Part shown: piece after piece, positions 44,325-53,969 of the stretch
How positions within the stretch are numbered: position 1 is the first letter of the stretch
Layout: every line of letters starts with the position of its first letter
Origin: a virus
Lineage: Duplodnaviria; Caudoviricetes
Virus record (IMG/VR): IMGVR_UViG_3300036045_000009
Location: 1 to 61,516 of that record
DNA: 61,516 nucleotides
Strand: one strand, 5' to 3'
The notes under the pieces: model-generated
The model's database searches: none
What the model saw: only the letters and a program-made list of their open reading frames with translations
Told to the model about the DNA's origin: nothing
Translations under genes and position numbers: made by a program

Positions 44325-44830
44325 ACACGACCGTCGCGATTCCTGCTGACGAGATCCGCCTCGTCATCGAATCCGAGCTCGCGGAGCGGTTTCTCGGTTT
44401 CGAGCGACGCCTGTCCGACCTCGGCACGTGGCTGTGGCGGCCGAAGGACGCGCCGGCGTCGCCCTGGGTGGATGCGCCGCCGAACACAATGGGCACGAAA
44501 GAGGCCCTGCCGACGCTGCTCACGCTGCTCGGGACCGCGTGTCACGCCCAGGGGCTGGAGTGGTCGATCATATATTCGCGCCTGTACCCGAGTATCGTCG
44601 GCGGTGAGCCCACACCGAAGTATTCTGTGGCCGTGTACGCGCGCGCGCCCAACGAGCCGCAGCGCAACCTCGTGAAACTCACGCACGTCGACGACCTGCA
44701 CGGCGCCATCGGCATCACCGTGATCGAAATGCACGGCGGCAACATCCACGACGCTCACCGCAAACTGTTCCCCGGTCGGTACCTCGCCGGCGCCAACGAT
44801 TCGAGAGTCGATGAGCAGATCCGCCAGTAA
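44309..44830 (+). CDS. Hypothetical protein
   Basis: GAGG RBS, protein-like composition. Confidence 0.6.
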   Translation: MAAQVDTTVAIPADEIRLVIESELAERFLGFERRLSDLGTWLWRPKDAPASPWVDAPPNTMGTKEALPTLLTLLGTACHAQGLEWSIIYSRLYPSIVGGEPTPKYSVAVYARAPNEPQRNLVKLTHVDDLHGAIGITVIEMHGGNIHDAHRKLFPGRYLAGANDSRVDEQIRQ

Positions 44831-45581
44831 CCCGGAGTCGGTGCGCGCGCTGTTGCGGCAGGACCTGAGCGCGCCGAACGATCCGAACGAGTCCATCGAG
44901 CGACGGCGCAATTGGCAGGCGGCGCGGTTCGGAAGAGCGGCGGCTGCGCACCAGTTCGCCGCTTTCTACGTCGAGAGCGGATTCAGTTCTAGCGGCGCGT
45001 ACGAGCGCATGCGCCCCGACATCGAACTCACGACCGCGCAGAAGAAGACGCGCGGCGCGCGATGGGTGCTCGACCGCCGCGTGCGTGAGGCGGTGATCCG
45101 CCTGGTCGAGCCGGCCATGCAGCGCGCGGCACGCACGTACGACAAGATCCTCGCGCAGCTTGAAGCGGAGATGGACGCCGACATCTTCGAGTTCATCGAA
45201 GAGGGCAGTGTGCCGGTGAAGTTGCAGGATAGGGTGGAGTACGTCACCGGCATCCGCTACAAGATCGACCCCTCGGAGTCGAATGCGCTGCGCCGACGTG
45301 CCGTGCGCTCGATCCGCGTGCAGGACGGGCAGGTGACCCACATCCAGCTCGCGGACCCGAATGCCGCGCGCAAGCAGTTCGTCGACATCGTGACCCGCCT
45401 CGAGCAAATCCGCGCCGGGCAGAAGGGCAAAGACGGGAGCCTGTCGAAGGTGCTGCGCACCCGGCTGACGCGCGCCAAGGAACTGCAAGCTGCGGGCGCG
45501 AAGAAGCTGCCGCTGCCGCCGAACGTCACCGATTTCAAGATCATCGACGGGCAGGTCATCCCGGAGCGCAAGGGTGCGTAA
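44811..45581 (+). CDS. Probable terminase small subunit
   Basis: FAAFYV...AY HTH-like start, ADIFEF and IQLADPNAA...IV pattern of P27/PBSX-type TerS; upstream of the portal. Confidence 0.65.
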   Translation: MSRSASNPESVRALLRQDLSAPNDPNESIERRRNWQAARFGRAAAAHQFAAFYVESGFSSSGAYERMRPDIELTTAQKKTRGARWVLDRRVREAVIRLVEPAMQRAARTYDKILAQLEAEMDADIFEFIEEGSVPVKLQDRVEYVTGIRYKIDPSESNALRRRAVRSIRVQDGQVTHIQLADPNAARKQFVDIVTRLEQIRAGQKGKDGSLSKVLRTRLTRAKELQAAGAKKLPLPPNVTDFKIIDGQVIPERKGA

Positions 45582-45876
45582 CGGCCGAGCGACGCACGCA
45601 CGCACGCTCGTACGTGCGGGCACGCGCCTCGTGTGTCCCAATCCGCTGTGCCGGGCGCACGTCGCCACGTTCCGCTACGACGTGTTGAGGGGAGCGCCGG
45701 GCATGGACCCGCGCTGGTTTCGGTTCGAGCCTGGGCAGACGCGCGAGGTCGGTTCGCCAGCGATCTGCTTCACGTGCACAGAGCAGGTGATGAAGGCGGA
45801 AGTCGGGCTGATCGACGGCAAATCCGCGTCGTGGTTTTCGATGCACACCGACAACGGCTGGATCGCGCTGCGCTAG
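45574..45876 (+). CDS. Zinc-ribbon protein
   Basis: CPNPLC...CFTC. Confidence 0.55.
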   Translation: MRNGRATHARTLVRAGTRLVCPNPLCRAHVATFRYDVLRGAPGMDPRWFRFEPGQTREVGSPAICFTCTEQVMKAEVGLIDGKSASWFSMHTDNGWIALR

Positions 45877-45879
45877 GCC

Positions 45880-45910
45880 CTTGCGCTGACAGTTCCCTCG
45901 GATACGTTCG
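45880..45910 (+). promoter_or_regulatory. Putative late promoter motif, copy 3
   Basis: TTGCGC-16 nt-TACGTT upstream of the head operon. Confidence 0.7.
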
Positions 45911-45916
45911 GGCGCC

Positions 45917-46096
45917 ATGCCCACGGTCAAGCCCGCGCCGAAGCCCACGTTCAGACAGACCACGCTGACTGACGTCGTGCGCCGGGCTGAGGGGCCGATG
46001 GCGTACGCGCGTCGCAAGCGCTACGTCGAGTACGAGTTCGGCGGCGGTCGTGGCAAGCCGCGCAAGTTCTGGGGCAACACGGACGGCACGCGCTGA
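45917..46096 (+). CDS. Small basic protein (59 aa; not in the ORF track)
   Basis: ATG 8 nt after the -10 box; coding-like codons; TGATG coupling. Confidence 0.6.
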   Translation: MPTVKPAPKPTFRQTTLTDVVRRAEGPMAYARRKRYVEYEFGGGRGKPRKFWGNTDGTR

Positions 46097-46251
46097 TGCT
46101 CTCCAACGCTCAATGGGCGGCGACCGTGTTCATCGCCTTCGGCGCGGTGCTCGTCGCCTTCGGCATGTGGAACAAGGACACGAAAGGCGCGATGTTGATT
46201 GCTGGCGTGATCGTGATCGTTGGCGCGGTGCTGTTCGTCGCCGCCGCATGA
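46096..46251 (+). CDS. Small two-TM membrane protein (51 aa)
   Basis: Two hydrophobic helices; coupled at both ends. Confidence 0.6.
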   Translation: MLSNAQWAATVFIAFGAVLVAFGMWNKDTKGAMLIAGVIVIVGAVLFVAAA

Positions 46252-46535
46252 AGGTCGCTCTCGCGCTGCTCACGCTCGTGCTCGCCGGCTGTGCCGTCAG
46301 CGCCGAGCGCCGCCCGTGGATCGAGGCGGGCATGGCCTACGACTTCAAAGACACCGTAGGCAGCAATCCCGCGTGCATCGTGCGCGTGCGTGCGCCCGTG
46401 CACTTCGGGCCGATCCCGCCGGGAGGGCTCATCGTCTCCTACACGCATCACTCCAGTTGCCCGGACCTTGACGACGCGAACACCGTCGATCAGGTCGAGC
46501 TCGTGGCCAAGTTCTACCTGGGGCGCGAGCGGTGA
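46248..46535 (+). CDS. Lipoprotein
   Basis: MKVALALLTLVLAGC lipobox; beta-strand-rich mature part. Confidence 0.7.
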   Translation: MKVALALLTLVLAGCAVSAERRPWIEAGMAYDFKDTVGSNPACIVRVRAPVHFGPIPPGGLIVSYTHHSSCPDLDDANTVDQVELVAKFYLGRER

Positions 46536-47035
46536 GCGGTAACCCGCTCGATCCCGTCGGCGAGCCCGAAGGCACGGTATTCGATCCCGGCGCGCTGAAC
46601 TGCAACGCCTCGCTCGTGCTGCTCGTGAAAGGGGCTGCTGACGCGCTCGAGCGCGAGTATCCGGGCTGGCTGTGGGCGATCCAACCTGACGAGCTTGGCG
46701 GCGTCATCAACATCTTCTCGATGCGCCTGTCCGGTCAGTGGGGCTACACGCTCAAGACCTCCCGCGTGCAGGAAGATGCGCGCAATGCCGCGGTGCTGAA
46801 AGCGGGCGGTGAGTTACTGGAGCGCTTCGGCTTTCGCCCTGGCCCGTACGACGCCGACATATACCGCGCGACGCTGCGGCACTTGGGGCAGATGAGGGCG
46901 GACGTCTCCGACCTGCCCGCGCGCACGCAGCGCGAGTACAACACGAACATGCTGCAGAACGCGGTCGCAACCGGCCACGCGCGAATCCTCATGGACGCTG
47001 ACATCGCCAAAGCCCGCCATGTACCAGGCGACTGA
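46532..47035 (+). CDS. Conserved protein upstream of the portal
   Basis: LEREYPGWLW...AGGELLERFG motif. Confidence 0.7.
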   Translation: MSGNPLDPVGEPEGTVFDPGALNCNASLVLLVKGAADALEREYPGWLWAIQPDELGGVINIFSMRLSGQWGYTLKTSRVQEDARNAAVLKAGGELLERFGFRPGPYDADIYRATLRHLGQMRADVSDLPARTQREYNTNMLQNAVATGHARILMDADIAKARHVPGD

Positions 47036-49307
47036 GCCGCCGGTCAGCGGATCGCCGGCGAAACTCGCGGCGGAAGCGATGGAGGCGGCGTCGGCTGCCG
47101 AACGCGGCGACAGCGAGGACGTGTCTGCGCCAGAGGTACTTGCCGAGGGCATGACCACCGAGCAATGGACGCAGGCGGCGCAGCGCGCCCACTTCTCCAG
47201 CACGAACTGGTTCGACGGCAGCGTCCGCGCCACGCTCCAGCGCAACTACAATCATTTCCACTCAAAGCACGCGCCCGGCAGCAAGTATTTCAACGAGCTC
47301 TATCGGCTGCGCGCGCAGTTCTTTCGCCCGAAAACAAGGGCGATGACACGCCGGTCGGAGGCCGCTGTTGCCGTCGCTCTGTTCTCGACGTCAGACCTGC
47401 TCGATGTGTCGACGTGGAACGACGTGGACAAGGATCAGCGGGACGCCGCTGAGGTCGCCAAAGCGATCCTGCAATACCGGCTCGAAAACACGCTGCCGTG
47501 GTTTCAGACGGCGGTCGGCGCGACGCAGGACGCGGCGATCGCCGGTCGTGTCATCGCGCGGCTGTCATGGCGCTACCGCACGGAGCAGGTGGAGTCGATG
47601 GTGGCTGACGAGGACGGGCAGGTCCGCCGCGAAAGTAGAGACGAAGTGCTGGAGGATCGGCCGTGGATTGACCTGGTGCCGATTGAAAACGTGCGCTTTG
47701 ACCCTGCCTGCGACTGGCGAGATCCGGTCGGCACGTCGCCGTTCTGGATCGAGATGATGCCGATGTACGTCGGTGACGTGAAGCAGATGATCGAGCAGTC
47801 GAACGCCGAGTATCGAGGCCGCTGGTACTTCGACGTGCCCGATGCGAAGTGGTGGAGTTTCACGAAGCGCGACAGCGACAGCATCCGCCAAGCACGCGCA
47901 AGCGGCCAAGTCGATCCTTACGAAGAGCGCAAGGGCCTGCCGGACTTTGAAGTCGTCTGGGTGCACCGCTACTTCATGCGGATCAACGGCACCGACTACA
48001 CCTTCGACATGATCGACACGCGCTCGATGCTGTCGCGGCCGCGGCCCGTACGCGAAGTCTATCCGCACTGCGACTACGGCCAGCGGCCGTACGTGAGTGG
48101 CACGGCGGCTGTCGAGGCTCACAAGCCGATACCGACAGCGCCCGTTGGCATGGTCGCGGAGACACAGGGCGAGATCAACGAGCTCGCGAACCTGCGGGTT
48201 GATGGCACGCGCCACGCGATTCTCGGCCGCTGGCTCATTCGCCGCGGCGCGCAGGTCGACGTGGAGACGCTGAAGTACGGCGTCGCGAATTCGGTGGTGT
48301 CGACCGAGAACATCAGCAACGACGTGAAAGAACTGAAGCAGCAGGACGTGCCCGCGTCCGCCTTCAACGAGGCCGATCGGCTGAACGTCGACTTCGATGA
48401 CGTCGCCGGCAACTTCTCGCTCGCAAGCATCGCCCCGAATCGCAAGTTGCAAGAGACAGTTGGCGGCATGAATTTGCTCAGTGGCGACGCCGCCCAGGTG
48501 AAGGAGTACGAGATTCGGACGTTCGTCGAGACCTTCGTCGAGCCGCTGCTGAATCAGTTGTATGCGATGGAGCAGGTGTACGAGACCGACGAAGCGTTGC
48601 TGCGCGACATCTGCGAGCACACGGACATGAGCGTCGAGCGCGTGCTGGACCTGCTCGCGTTGAAGGTGAAAGTGCGGGTGAACGTCGGCTTCAACTCCAC
48701 GAGTCCCGAGCGGCGCATCCAGCGTATTACCACAGGTATCAAGGCGGTGGCGGAGCTCGCGCCCGAGAAGCAGCAGCAGATCAACGCCGCCGAAGTCATC
48801 AAGGAAGTGTTCGGCGCGCTCGGCTACAAGAACGGCGAGCGGTTCTACGCGCTGTCCGAGAGCGATGACCCCGAGAAAGAGGCGCTGAAGCAGGAAGTCG
48901 CGCAACTCACGGCGATGCTGCAGGGCCGACAGATCGAGGCGCAGTCGCGGATCGAGGTGGCGAATATAACCGCCAACGCGCGGCTCCAGCAGGCGGCGAT
49001 GGACGGCGAGTCGCGCGAGCGCATCGCCATCCTCGAACTGCAACTCGAAGCCAAGCGCCTGCAACTGGAAGAAGTCGACCGCGTGCTCGTGACCGAGGTG
49101 AACGAGGTGAAGCGGCGCGAACTCATCCTGCAACGCGAGGCGCTGTCGCACGAGATCCAGCAGGACAACCGCGAGTTTCTGATGATGCTGCGCGGCAGCG
49201 CGAAAGCGGAGGGCGCTGACGAGGGACCGATGGACCTGCCTGGCGATGACAAAGCCGGTACGATCGCGCGCGGCAAGTTCGGCAACATACCGTTTGCAGA
49301 GGGGTAG
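47019..49307 (+). CDS. Portal protein (P22-like podovirus type)
   Basis: 762 aa, FRPKTR, ENVRFDP, QGEINEL, ETVGGM, FVETFVEPLL, C-terminal coiled-coil barrel; upstream of scaffold and capsid. Confidence 0.9.
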   Translation: MYQATEPPVSGSPAKLAAEAMEAASAAERGDSEDVSAPEVLAEGMTTEQWTQAAQRAHFSSTNWFDGSVRATLQRNYNHFHSKHAPGSKYFNELYRLRAQFFRPKTRAMTRRSEAAVAVALFSTSDLLDVSTWNDVDKDQRDAAEVAKAILQYRLENTLPWFQTAVGATQDAAIAGRVIARLSWRYRTEQVESMVADEDGQVRRESRDEVLEDRPWIDLVPIENVRFDPACDWRDPVGTSPFWIEMMPMYVGDVKQMIEQSNAEYRGRWYFDVPDAKWWSFTKRDSDSIRQARASGQVDPYEERKGLPDFEVVWVHRYFMRINGTDYTFDMIDTRSMLSRPRPVREVYPHCDYGQRPYVSGTAAVEAHKPIPTAPVGMVAETQGEINELANLRVDGTRHAILGRWLIRRGAQVDVETLKYGVANSVVSTENISNDVKELKQQDVPASAFNEADRLNVDFDDVAGNFSLASIAPNRKLQETVGGMNLLSGDAAQVKEYEIRTFVETFVEPLLNQLYAMEQVYETDEALLRDICEHTDMSVERVLDLLALKVKVRVNVGFNSTSPERRIQRITTGIKAVAELAPEKQQQINAAEVIKEVFGALGYKNGERFYALSESDDPEKEALKQEVAQLTAMLQGRQIEAQSRIEVANITANARLQQAAMDGESRERIAILELQLEAKRLQLEEVDRVLVTEVNEVKRRELILQREALSHEIQQDNREFLMMLRGSAKAEGADEGPMDLPGDDKAGTIARGKFGNIPFAEG

Positions 49308-49310
49308 GCT

Positions 49311-49673
49311 GTGCCGGAACCGACGCAAGCCGACTTCGACGCGATGGACCGGCGCATCCGCGCCGGGTTGGGGCCGGAAGCCGGCCTCGTCGATCGCCTG
49401 CAAGACGGAATCGACCTGGTGGCGCTGCTCGACCTCCCCGCGGGCAAGGCGCTGATCGCCGAGTGCACGCGGGTCGCGACCGAGTATTTGCGCATCCTAA
49501 CGGCCGAAGAGCCGCCGTCGGCAAACGACGAACGCACGGCACTACTTGCGCTGAGACTCAACATCGGCATTCTCCGGCGCATGGCGACGACCGTGACCAT
49601 CGGCAAGCAGGCTGAACAGATGATTCGGCAGCGCGATGCCGAGGCGCCGCTGCTCGCCGAGGATGACCAGTAA
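49311..49673 (+). CDS. Small helical head-module protein
   Basis: Usual gene between portal and scaffold. Confidence 0.65.
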   Translation: MPEPTQADFDAMDRRIRAGLGPEAGLVDRLQDGIDLVALLDLPAGKALIAECTRVATEYLRILTAEEPPSANDERTALLALRLNIGILRRMATTVTIGKQAEQMIRQRDAEAPLLAEDDQ

Positions 49674-50875
49674 TGCCGGCCGAGAATCCGAGCGAAGTCG
49701 TCGACACGGGCCAGCCCGCGGGGCTGCCGGCCGATGGCGTCGCCGCGGCGGAACCAGCCGGCGACACGCCGCAGGCCACGATTCGCACGTCGGATCACGA
49801 GCGCGCGGCGATCATCCAGCGCTACACGGAATCGAATCGCGCTGCCCAGGATTCGTCGCTGAACGCAGCGCGCGGCGCGTCCGAAGCCGCGATGCAGGAA
49901 GGCAGCGACGGTGTTTCTGCTCGCGCCGCGTCAGCCGGAAATGGCTCACAGGCAGCCGACGCCTCACCCCCAGATACCTCGTCGACCCCCGTCGAGAAAG
50001 CCGCAGCGCCGGAGTCGGAGACAGCCGCTCCGGCGCTGCGCACTGTGACCGTGAAGGTCTACGGGACCACGCTCGAGGTGCCGATGTCGACGGTCGAGGC
50101 TGCCGGCGGCATTGCCGCGTACCAGAAACAACTCGCGGTCGACGATCAGCTTCGCCGCGCCTCGATCCTCACGAAGAAGCTCGAGGAGCAACTGAATTCC
50201 GGGCAGAACGCGACCTCCGCGGCGCCCGCAACCACTACGGCCGCAGCCTCTCCACCTTCGGGCGAGCAGGCAGCGGTGGGAGGCAAGGAAGCCGCCCGCG
50301 AGGCGCTGGAGGCGCTGTTGGAGTCCGATGCGGATCGATTCTCGACCGCGCTCGGAAAGGCGATTGAGGGAACCGTGCAGGAACGGCTGCGCGAGGCGAA
50401 ACCGGCGGCTACGACAGCCGAAGCACCGGCCACGACTTCGCGAAGTGCCGAGGAAATTGCTGCCGCGAACGACGTGTTCGCGCAGGAATTTTCCCACCTG
50501 GCGAAGCGCCCGGAAGTGTTTCAGGCCGCGCAGGAACTGATGCGCGCGAGGATGTCGTCGCCGGAGTTCGCCTCCGTGCCGCTCGACATGCTCGCTCGCG
50601 ACGTCGGCGCGCGCGTCATGAAACTCACCGGCGCTCCGCTTGAATCTGCGCCAGCCAAGGCCGATACGCCCGCACGCCCGCGTGCTGACGTGGCATCGAG
50701 GCTGGAAGTGCGGCGCACGGTGAAAGCACGACTGCCGGCCGCTGCTTCGACCACGGCGGCATCGAGCACCCCCAATCCGCCCAAGAGCCGCGCCCAGGGG
50801 ATCTCCGATTACATCAAAACCCTGCGTTCGCGCAGCGGTTCCAACAGTGCCATCGCCGAGCGCGGTGCCCGTTAA
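49673..50875 (+). CDS. Capsid scaffolding protein
   Basis: Ala/Glu/Pro-rich, TVKVYGTTLEV motif, directly upstream of the capsid gene. Confidence 0.8.
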   Translation: MPAENPSEVVDTGQPAGLPADGVAAAEPAGDTPQATIRTSDHERAAIIQRYTESNRAAQDSSLNAARGASEAAMQEGSDGVSARAASAGNGSQAADASPPDTSSTPVEKAAAPESETAAPALRTVTVKVYGTTLEVPMSTVEAAGGIAAYQKQLAVDDQLRRASILTKKLEEQLNSGQNATSAAPATTTAAASPPSGEQAAVGGKEAAREALEALLESDADRFSTALGKAIEGTVQERLREAKPAATTAEAPATTSRSAEEIAAANDVFAQEFSHLAKRPEVFQAAQELMRARMSSPEFASVPLDMLARDVGARVMKLTGAPLESAPAKADTPARPRADVASRLEVRRTVKARLPAAASTTAASSTPNPPKSRAQGISDYIKTLRSRSGSNSAIAERGAR

Positions 50876-50887
50876 GGAGAACTTTCA

Positions 50888-51892
50888 ATGAGCGGACAAG
50901 TTTGGCAGGTCGCGTCTGAGGGCGGCTACATGTACTCCGACGAGCTGTCGGTGTACCTGCGAACCGTCGTGCAGCCGGCGATGCGCTTCCGTCAGTATTG
51001 CGACGCGAAGGACGCGACGGAGGCAGGCACCGGCAAGACCTACGGCGCCGGCGACAAGTTCACGTGGAACGTGTACTCCGACGCGCAGGACGGCGGCGAT
51101 CAGTTGGTCGAGAACGCACCGATCCCGGAAACCAATTTCCGGATCACGCAGGGCTCGCTGACGATCACCGAGTACGGCAACTCCGTGCCCTACACGGCGA
51201 AGCTCGACAACCTGTCGCTGCATCCGGTGCAGGAGGTCATCAACCGCGTGCTCGGCAACGACGTCGCAAAGACGCTCGATGGCGCCGCGTACAACCAGTT
51301 CCGGGTGACGAACCTCAAGGTCAACGCGGCGTCTGGCACATCGACGACCGACGTAGTAGTCGTCGACACCGGCTCGATCGGCGTCACGAACAACATCGCC
51401 ATGAACAAGAACCACGTCAAGGCGATCTCGGACGTGATGAAGGAGCGCAACATCCCCGCGTATCAGGGGAGCGACTACTTCTGCGTGGGCTGGCCCACGA
51501 CCTTCCGCACGTTCAAGAACGACTTGGAGGCGCTGAATCAGTACGTGGATCAGGGCTTCCGCCAGATCATGAACGGCGAGATCGGCCGCTACGAAGGCAT
51601 CCGCTTCATCGAGCAGACGCACGTGGCGAAGGGCGGCGCCGAGGACAGCACCTCGTACAACTTCCGCACGACCGACCCCTGGAACAACGCCAAGAGCGAC
51701 TGGGCGTTCTTCTTCGGCGAGGACACGGTGGCCGAGGCCATCGTCGTGCCGGAGGAGATGCGCGGCAAGATCCCCGGCGACTTCGGTCGCGACAAGGGCA
51801 TCGCCTGGTACTACCTCGGAGGCTTCGGCATCGTCCACGCCGGTGCGGGCAACAAGAACACCCGCATCATGAACTGGCAGTCGAACGCCTGA
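50888..51892 (+). CDS. Major capsid protein (N4-gp56-like, HK97 fold)
   Basis: TAAGGAG RBS, very strong codon bias, EYGN, NGEIGRYEGIRFIE, DFGR...AWY. Confidence 0.92.
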   Translation: MSGQVWQVASEGGYMYSDELSVYLRTVVQPAMRFRQYCDAKDATEAGTGKTYGAGDKFTWNVYSDAQDGGDQLVENAPIPETNFRITQGSLTITEYGNSVPYTAKLDNLSLHPVQEVINRVLGNDVAKTLDGAAYNQFRVTNLKVNAASGTSTTDVVVVDTGSIGVTNNIAMNKNHVKAISDVMKERNIPAYQGSDYFCVGWPTTFRTFKNDLEALNQYVDQGFRQIMNGEIGRYEGIRFIEQTHVAKGGAEDSTSYNFRTTDPWNNAKSDWAFFFGEDTVAEAIVVPEEMRGKIPGDFGRDKGIAWYYLGGFGIVHAGAGNKNTRIMNWQSNA

Positions 51893-51922
51893 GCCGGCGC
51901 ACCTACAGGAAGGACAGCAGAC

Positions 51923-52315
51923 ATGGGCTACAGCAATCCGATCCAGCGCTCCTACGGGCTCAAGGGTCACGCCTTCACCTCGGCGATCACGCGCGCGATC
52001 AAGCCGCCGCCGAAGTGCAACCGCGGCCGCATCACCGACATTCACGTGTCGGTGACGGTCGTGTTCACGGCGGTGACCACGCAGGGGTTCATCAACGTCG
52101 GTACGGCTGGCGATACCACGAAGTACGCGAGTCTCGGCATGGGCACGGCGGCGGCCAACACCGCCTACAACTCGCGCGACTTCCCCGCCGCGATCAAGTC
52201 CGACATCGACATGACCCGTGACAACGTGACCGCGATCCAGTACGCGATCGTGGCGCCGACCGGCGGCTCGCCGACGGGCACGGGTGACTTCGACATCGAG
52301 ATCGCCTGGTCGTAG
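51923..52315 (+). CDS. Capsid decoration/cement protein
   Basis: Beta-rich 130 aa directly after the capsid gene, followed by a terminator. Confidence 0.65.
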   Translation: MGYSNPIQRSYGLKGHAFTSAITRAIKPPPKCNRGRITDIHVSVTVVFTAVTTQGFINVGTAGDTTKYASLGMGTAAANTAYNSRDFPAAIKSDIDMTRDNVTAIQYAIVAPTGGSPTGTGDFDIEIAWS

Positions 52316-52337
52316 TACCAGCGGCAACGTGTGACAG

Positions 52338-52363
52338 GGCGGGGCCTTGACCCCGCCACTTTT
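52338..52363 (+). terminator. Intrinsic terminator after the capsid genes
   Basis: Stem GGCGGGG/CCCCGCC, 6-nt loop, then ACTTTT. Confidence 0.6.
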
Positions 52364-52379
52364 CGACAAAGGAGCCACG

Positions 52380-52565
52380 ATGAGCGGCAAGCGAGACTGT
52401 CAGTTGGGTTCTGGCCTGGAAGCCGGCGTGTACACGAAGGACTCGGCGAAGGGCAAGGCGGAGCGCAACCCGTCCAAGACCAGCGACTACCAGAACGACT
52501 CCAGCGCGCGCCTGTCCGCGGGCAAGCGCGTGAAGGGCGCTGGCGGCAAGCACAAGTTCGCGTGA
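52380..52565 (+). CDS. Small basic hydrophilic protein
   Basis: AAGGAG RBS, strong codon bias. Confidence 0.65.
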   Translation: MSGKRDCQLGSGLEAGVYTKDSAKGKAERNPSKTSDYQNDSSARLSAGKRVKGAGGKHKFA

Positions 52566-52575
52566 GCAGGCCCAC

Positions 52576-52839
52576 ATGAAGGGCCCGCTGTACTACGCGA
52601 CCGTGGTGGAGAAGCCGCCGGACACGCACTCCGGTCGTGATCCGAGCGGGCGTGACCGCGCGCGTGTGACGCACGGAACGCCGCATCGCTACGACTCGAA
52701 CTTCGATCGCGACGAAACGGGCAACACCGTGACCCGCGCCGAACTCGAGAAGAACGCGGGCGAGCGTGAGCGCGGCGCTCGCAATGAGGACGGGTTCTCG
52801 TCGCGCATGCCCTTCAACCGCCGAACCTGCGGGTACTGA
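52576..52839 (+). CDS. Small hydrophilic protein
   Basis: Coding-like codon bias; fills the operon. Confidence 0.55.
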   Translation: MKGPLYYATVVEKPPDTHSGRDPSGRDRARVTHGTPHRYDSNFDRDETGNTVTRAELEKNAGERERGARNEDGFSSRMPFNRRTCGY

Positions 52840-52840
52840 C

Positions 52841-53236
52841 ATGGCCTTCAAAAAGCGGGCTGGCGCGCCAGCCTTCAACCCCGCCGAGCCGCACGGCACG
52901 CTGTACGGCAGCGGCGATGAGAGCGACATGGCGGGCGTGCGCTACGTGCAGCGCGGCCACTACTACGCCGCGAATCAGGAGTACGTCGGGAGTGACGAGT
53001 CCGCGTCCACCGTTGCCGTGAGCGCGGCGCCAGTTCGCGAGGTCAATCGCAACGAGCGCTTCGTCGAGCCGGAAGAGGCGACCGAACTGCTGAAAGACCC
53101 GCGCGCGGCGAAACTCATGTCGTCGAGCCTCGATGAGCTTGCGGCGATTACGAAAGAGCACGGCGGCCCGCAGTTCGGCGGCGACAATGCGCTCGCGCTC
53201 TACACAGCCTGGCTGCTGAAGTTCGCGGTCGAATGA
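52841..53236 (+). CDS. Hypothetical head-module protein
   Basis: FNPAEPHGTLYG...YVQRGHYY motif. Confidence 0.65.
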   Translation: MAFKKRAGAPAFNPAEPHGTLYGSGDESDMAGVRYVQRGHYYAANQEYVGSDESASTVAVSAAPVREVNRNERFVEPEEATELLKDPRAAKLMSSSLDELAAITKEHGGPQFGGDNALALYTAWLLKFAVE

Positions 53237-53252
53237 CCGCGCCCGCGCGGTC

Positions 53253-53969
53253 GTGAACTACCTTTCGCTCTGTCAGGATTTCGTCAGCCAGTTCGGACTT
53301 GCCGGCGGCACGGGGCCGACCACTGTCGTCAACCAGACCGGCGAACTCGCGAATGTCGTTCGCTGGATTCGCGACGCCGAACTCTACCTCAACAACCTGT
53401 GGGTCGACTGGCGGTTCCTGTGGCTGCCGTACACGGGGACGATCGCCGCGGCCGCATCCGTGCCGAGCGCGGTCACGCAACCGGGCGTGCGCGTGCGGCT
53501 GTGGGAAACGCACAAGCTGAAGATTCGCGTAGCGTCACCACTCGAACCCTCTTGGTCGACGCTCGCTTTCCTCCCGCGTTCGCAGTTCGAGCGACTGTAC
53601 GACCCCGACGTGTCGACACCGGGGCGCCCGGAAGCGTTCACGGTGATGCCGGACAACACCATCCAGTTCGACAAGAGCGCCGACGTTATCTACGACGTGA
53701 AGGGCTCGTACTTCCGCTCGCCGGAGCCGATGACGGAGAACGAGCACTTACCGCTCATGCCAGCCGAGTACCACCGGCTGATCCTCGTCCGCGCCTGCAT
53801 CATGTACGCCGACCGCGAGGACGCGCCAGAGCTCGTGAATGGCGCGACCGCCGAGTACCCAGACCTGCTGGAAAAACTGGAAGCCTCGCAACTTGAGGGC
53901 CAGTTGAACCGACGGCGGTCGACGACGCCCGATGAGCACGTGTCCGCCAACACGGAGCGCTGGCTGTGA
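53253..53969 (+). CDS. Head-tail adaptor protein
   Basis: MNYLSLCQ start, WRFLW, GRP, PLMPAEYH; position before the nozzle gene. Confidence 0.8.
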   Translation: MNYLSLCQDFVSQFGLAGGTGPTTVVNQTGELANVVRWIRDAELYLNNLWVDWRFLWLPYTGTIAAAASVPSAVTQPGVRVRLWETHKLKIRVASPLEPSWSTLAFLPRSQFERLYDPDVSTPGRPEAFTVMPDNTIQFDKSADVIYDVKGSYFRSPEPMTENEHLPLMPAEYHRLILVRACIMYADREDAPELVNGATAEYPDLLEKLEASQLEGQLNRRRSTTPDEHVSANTERWL

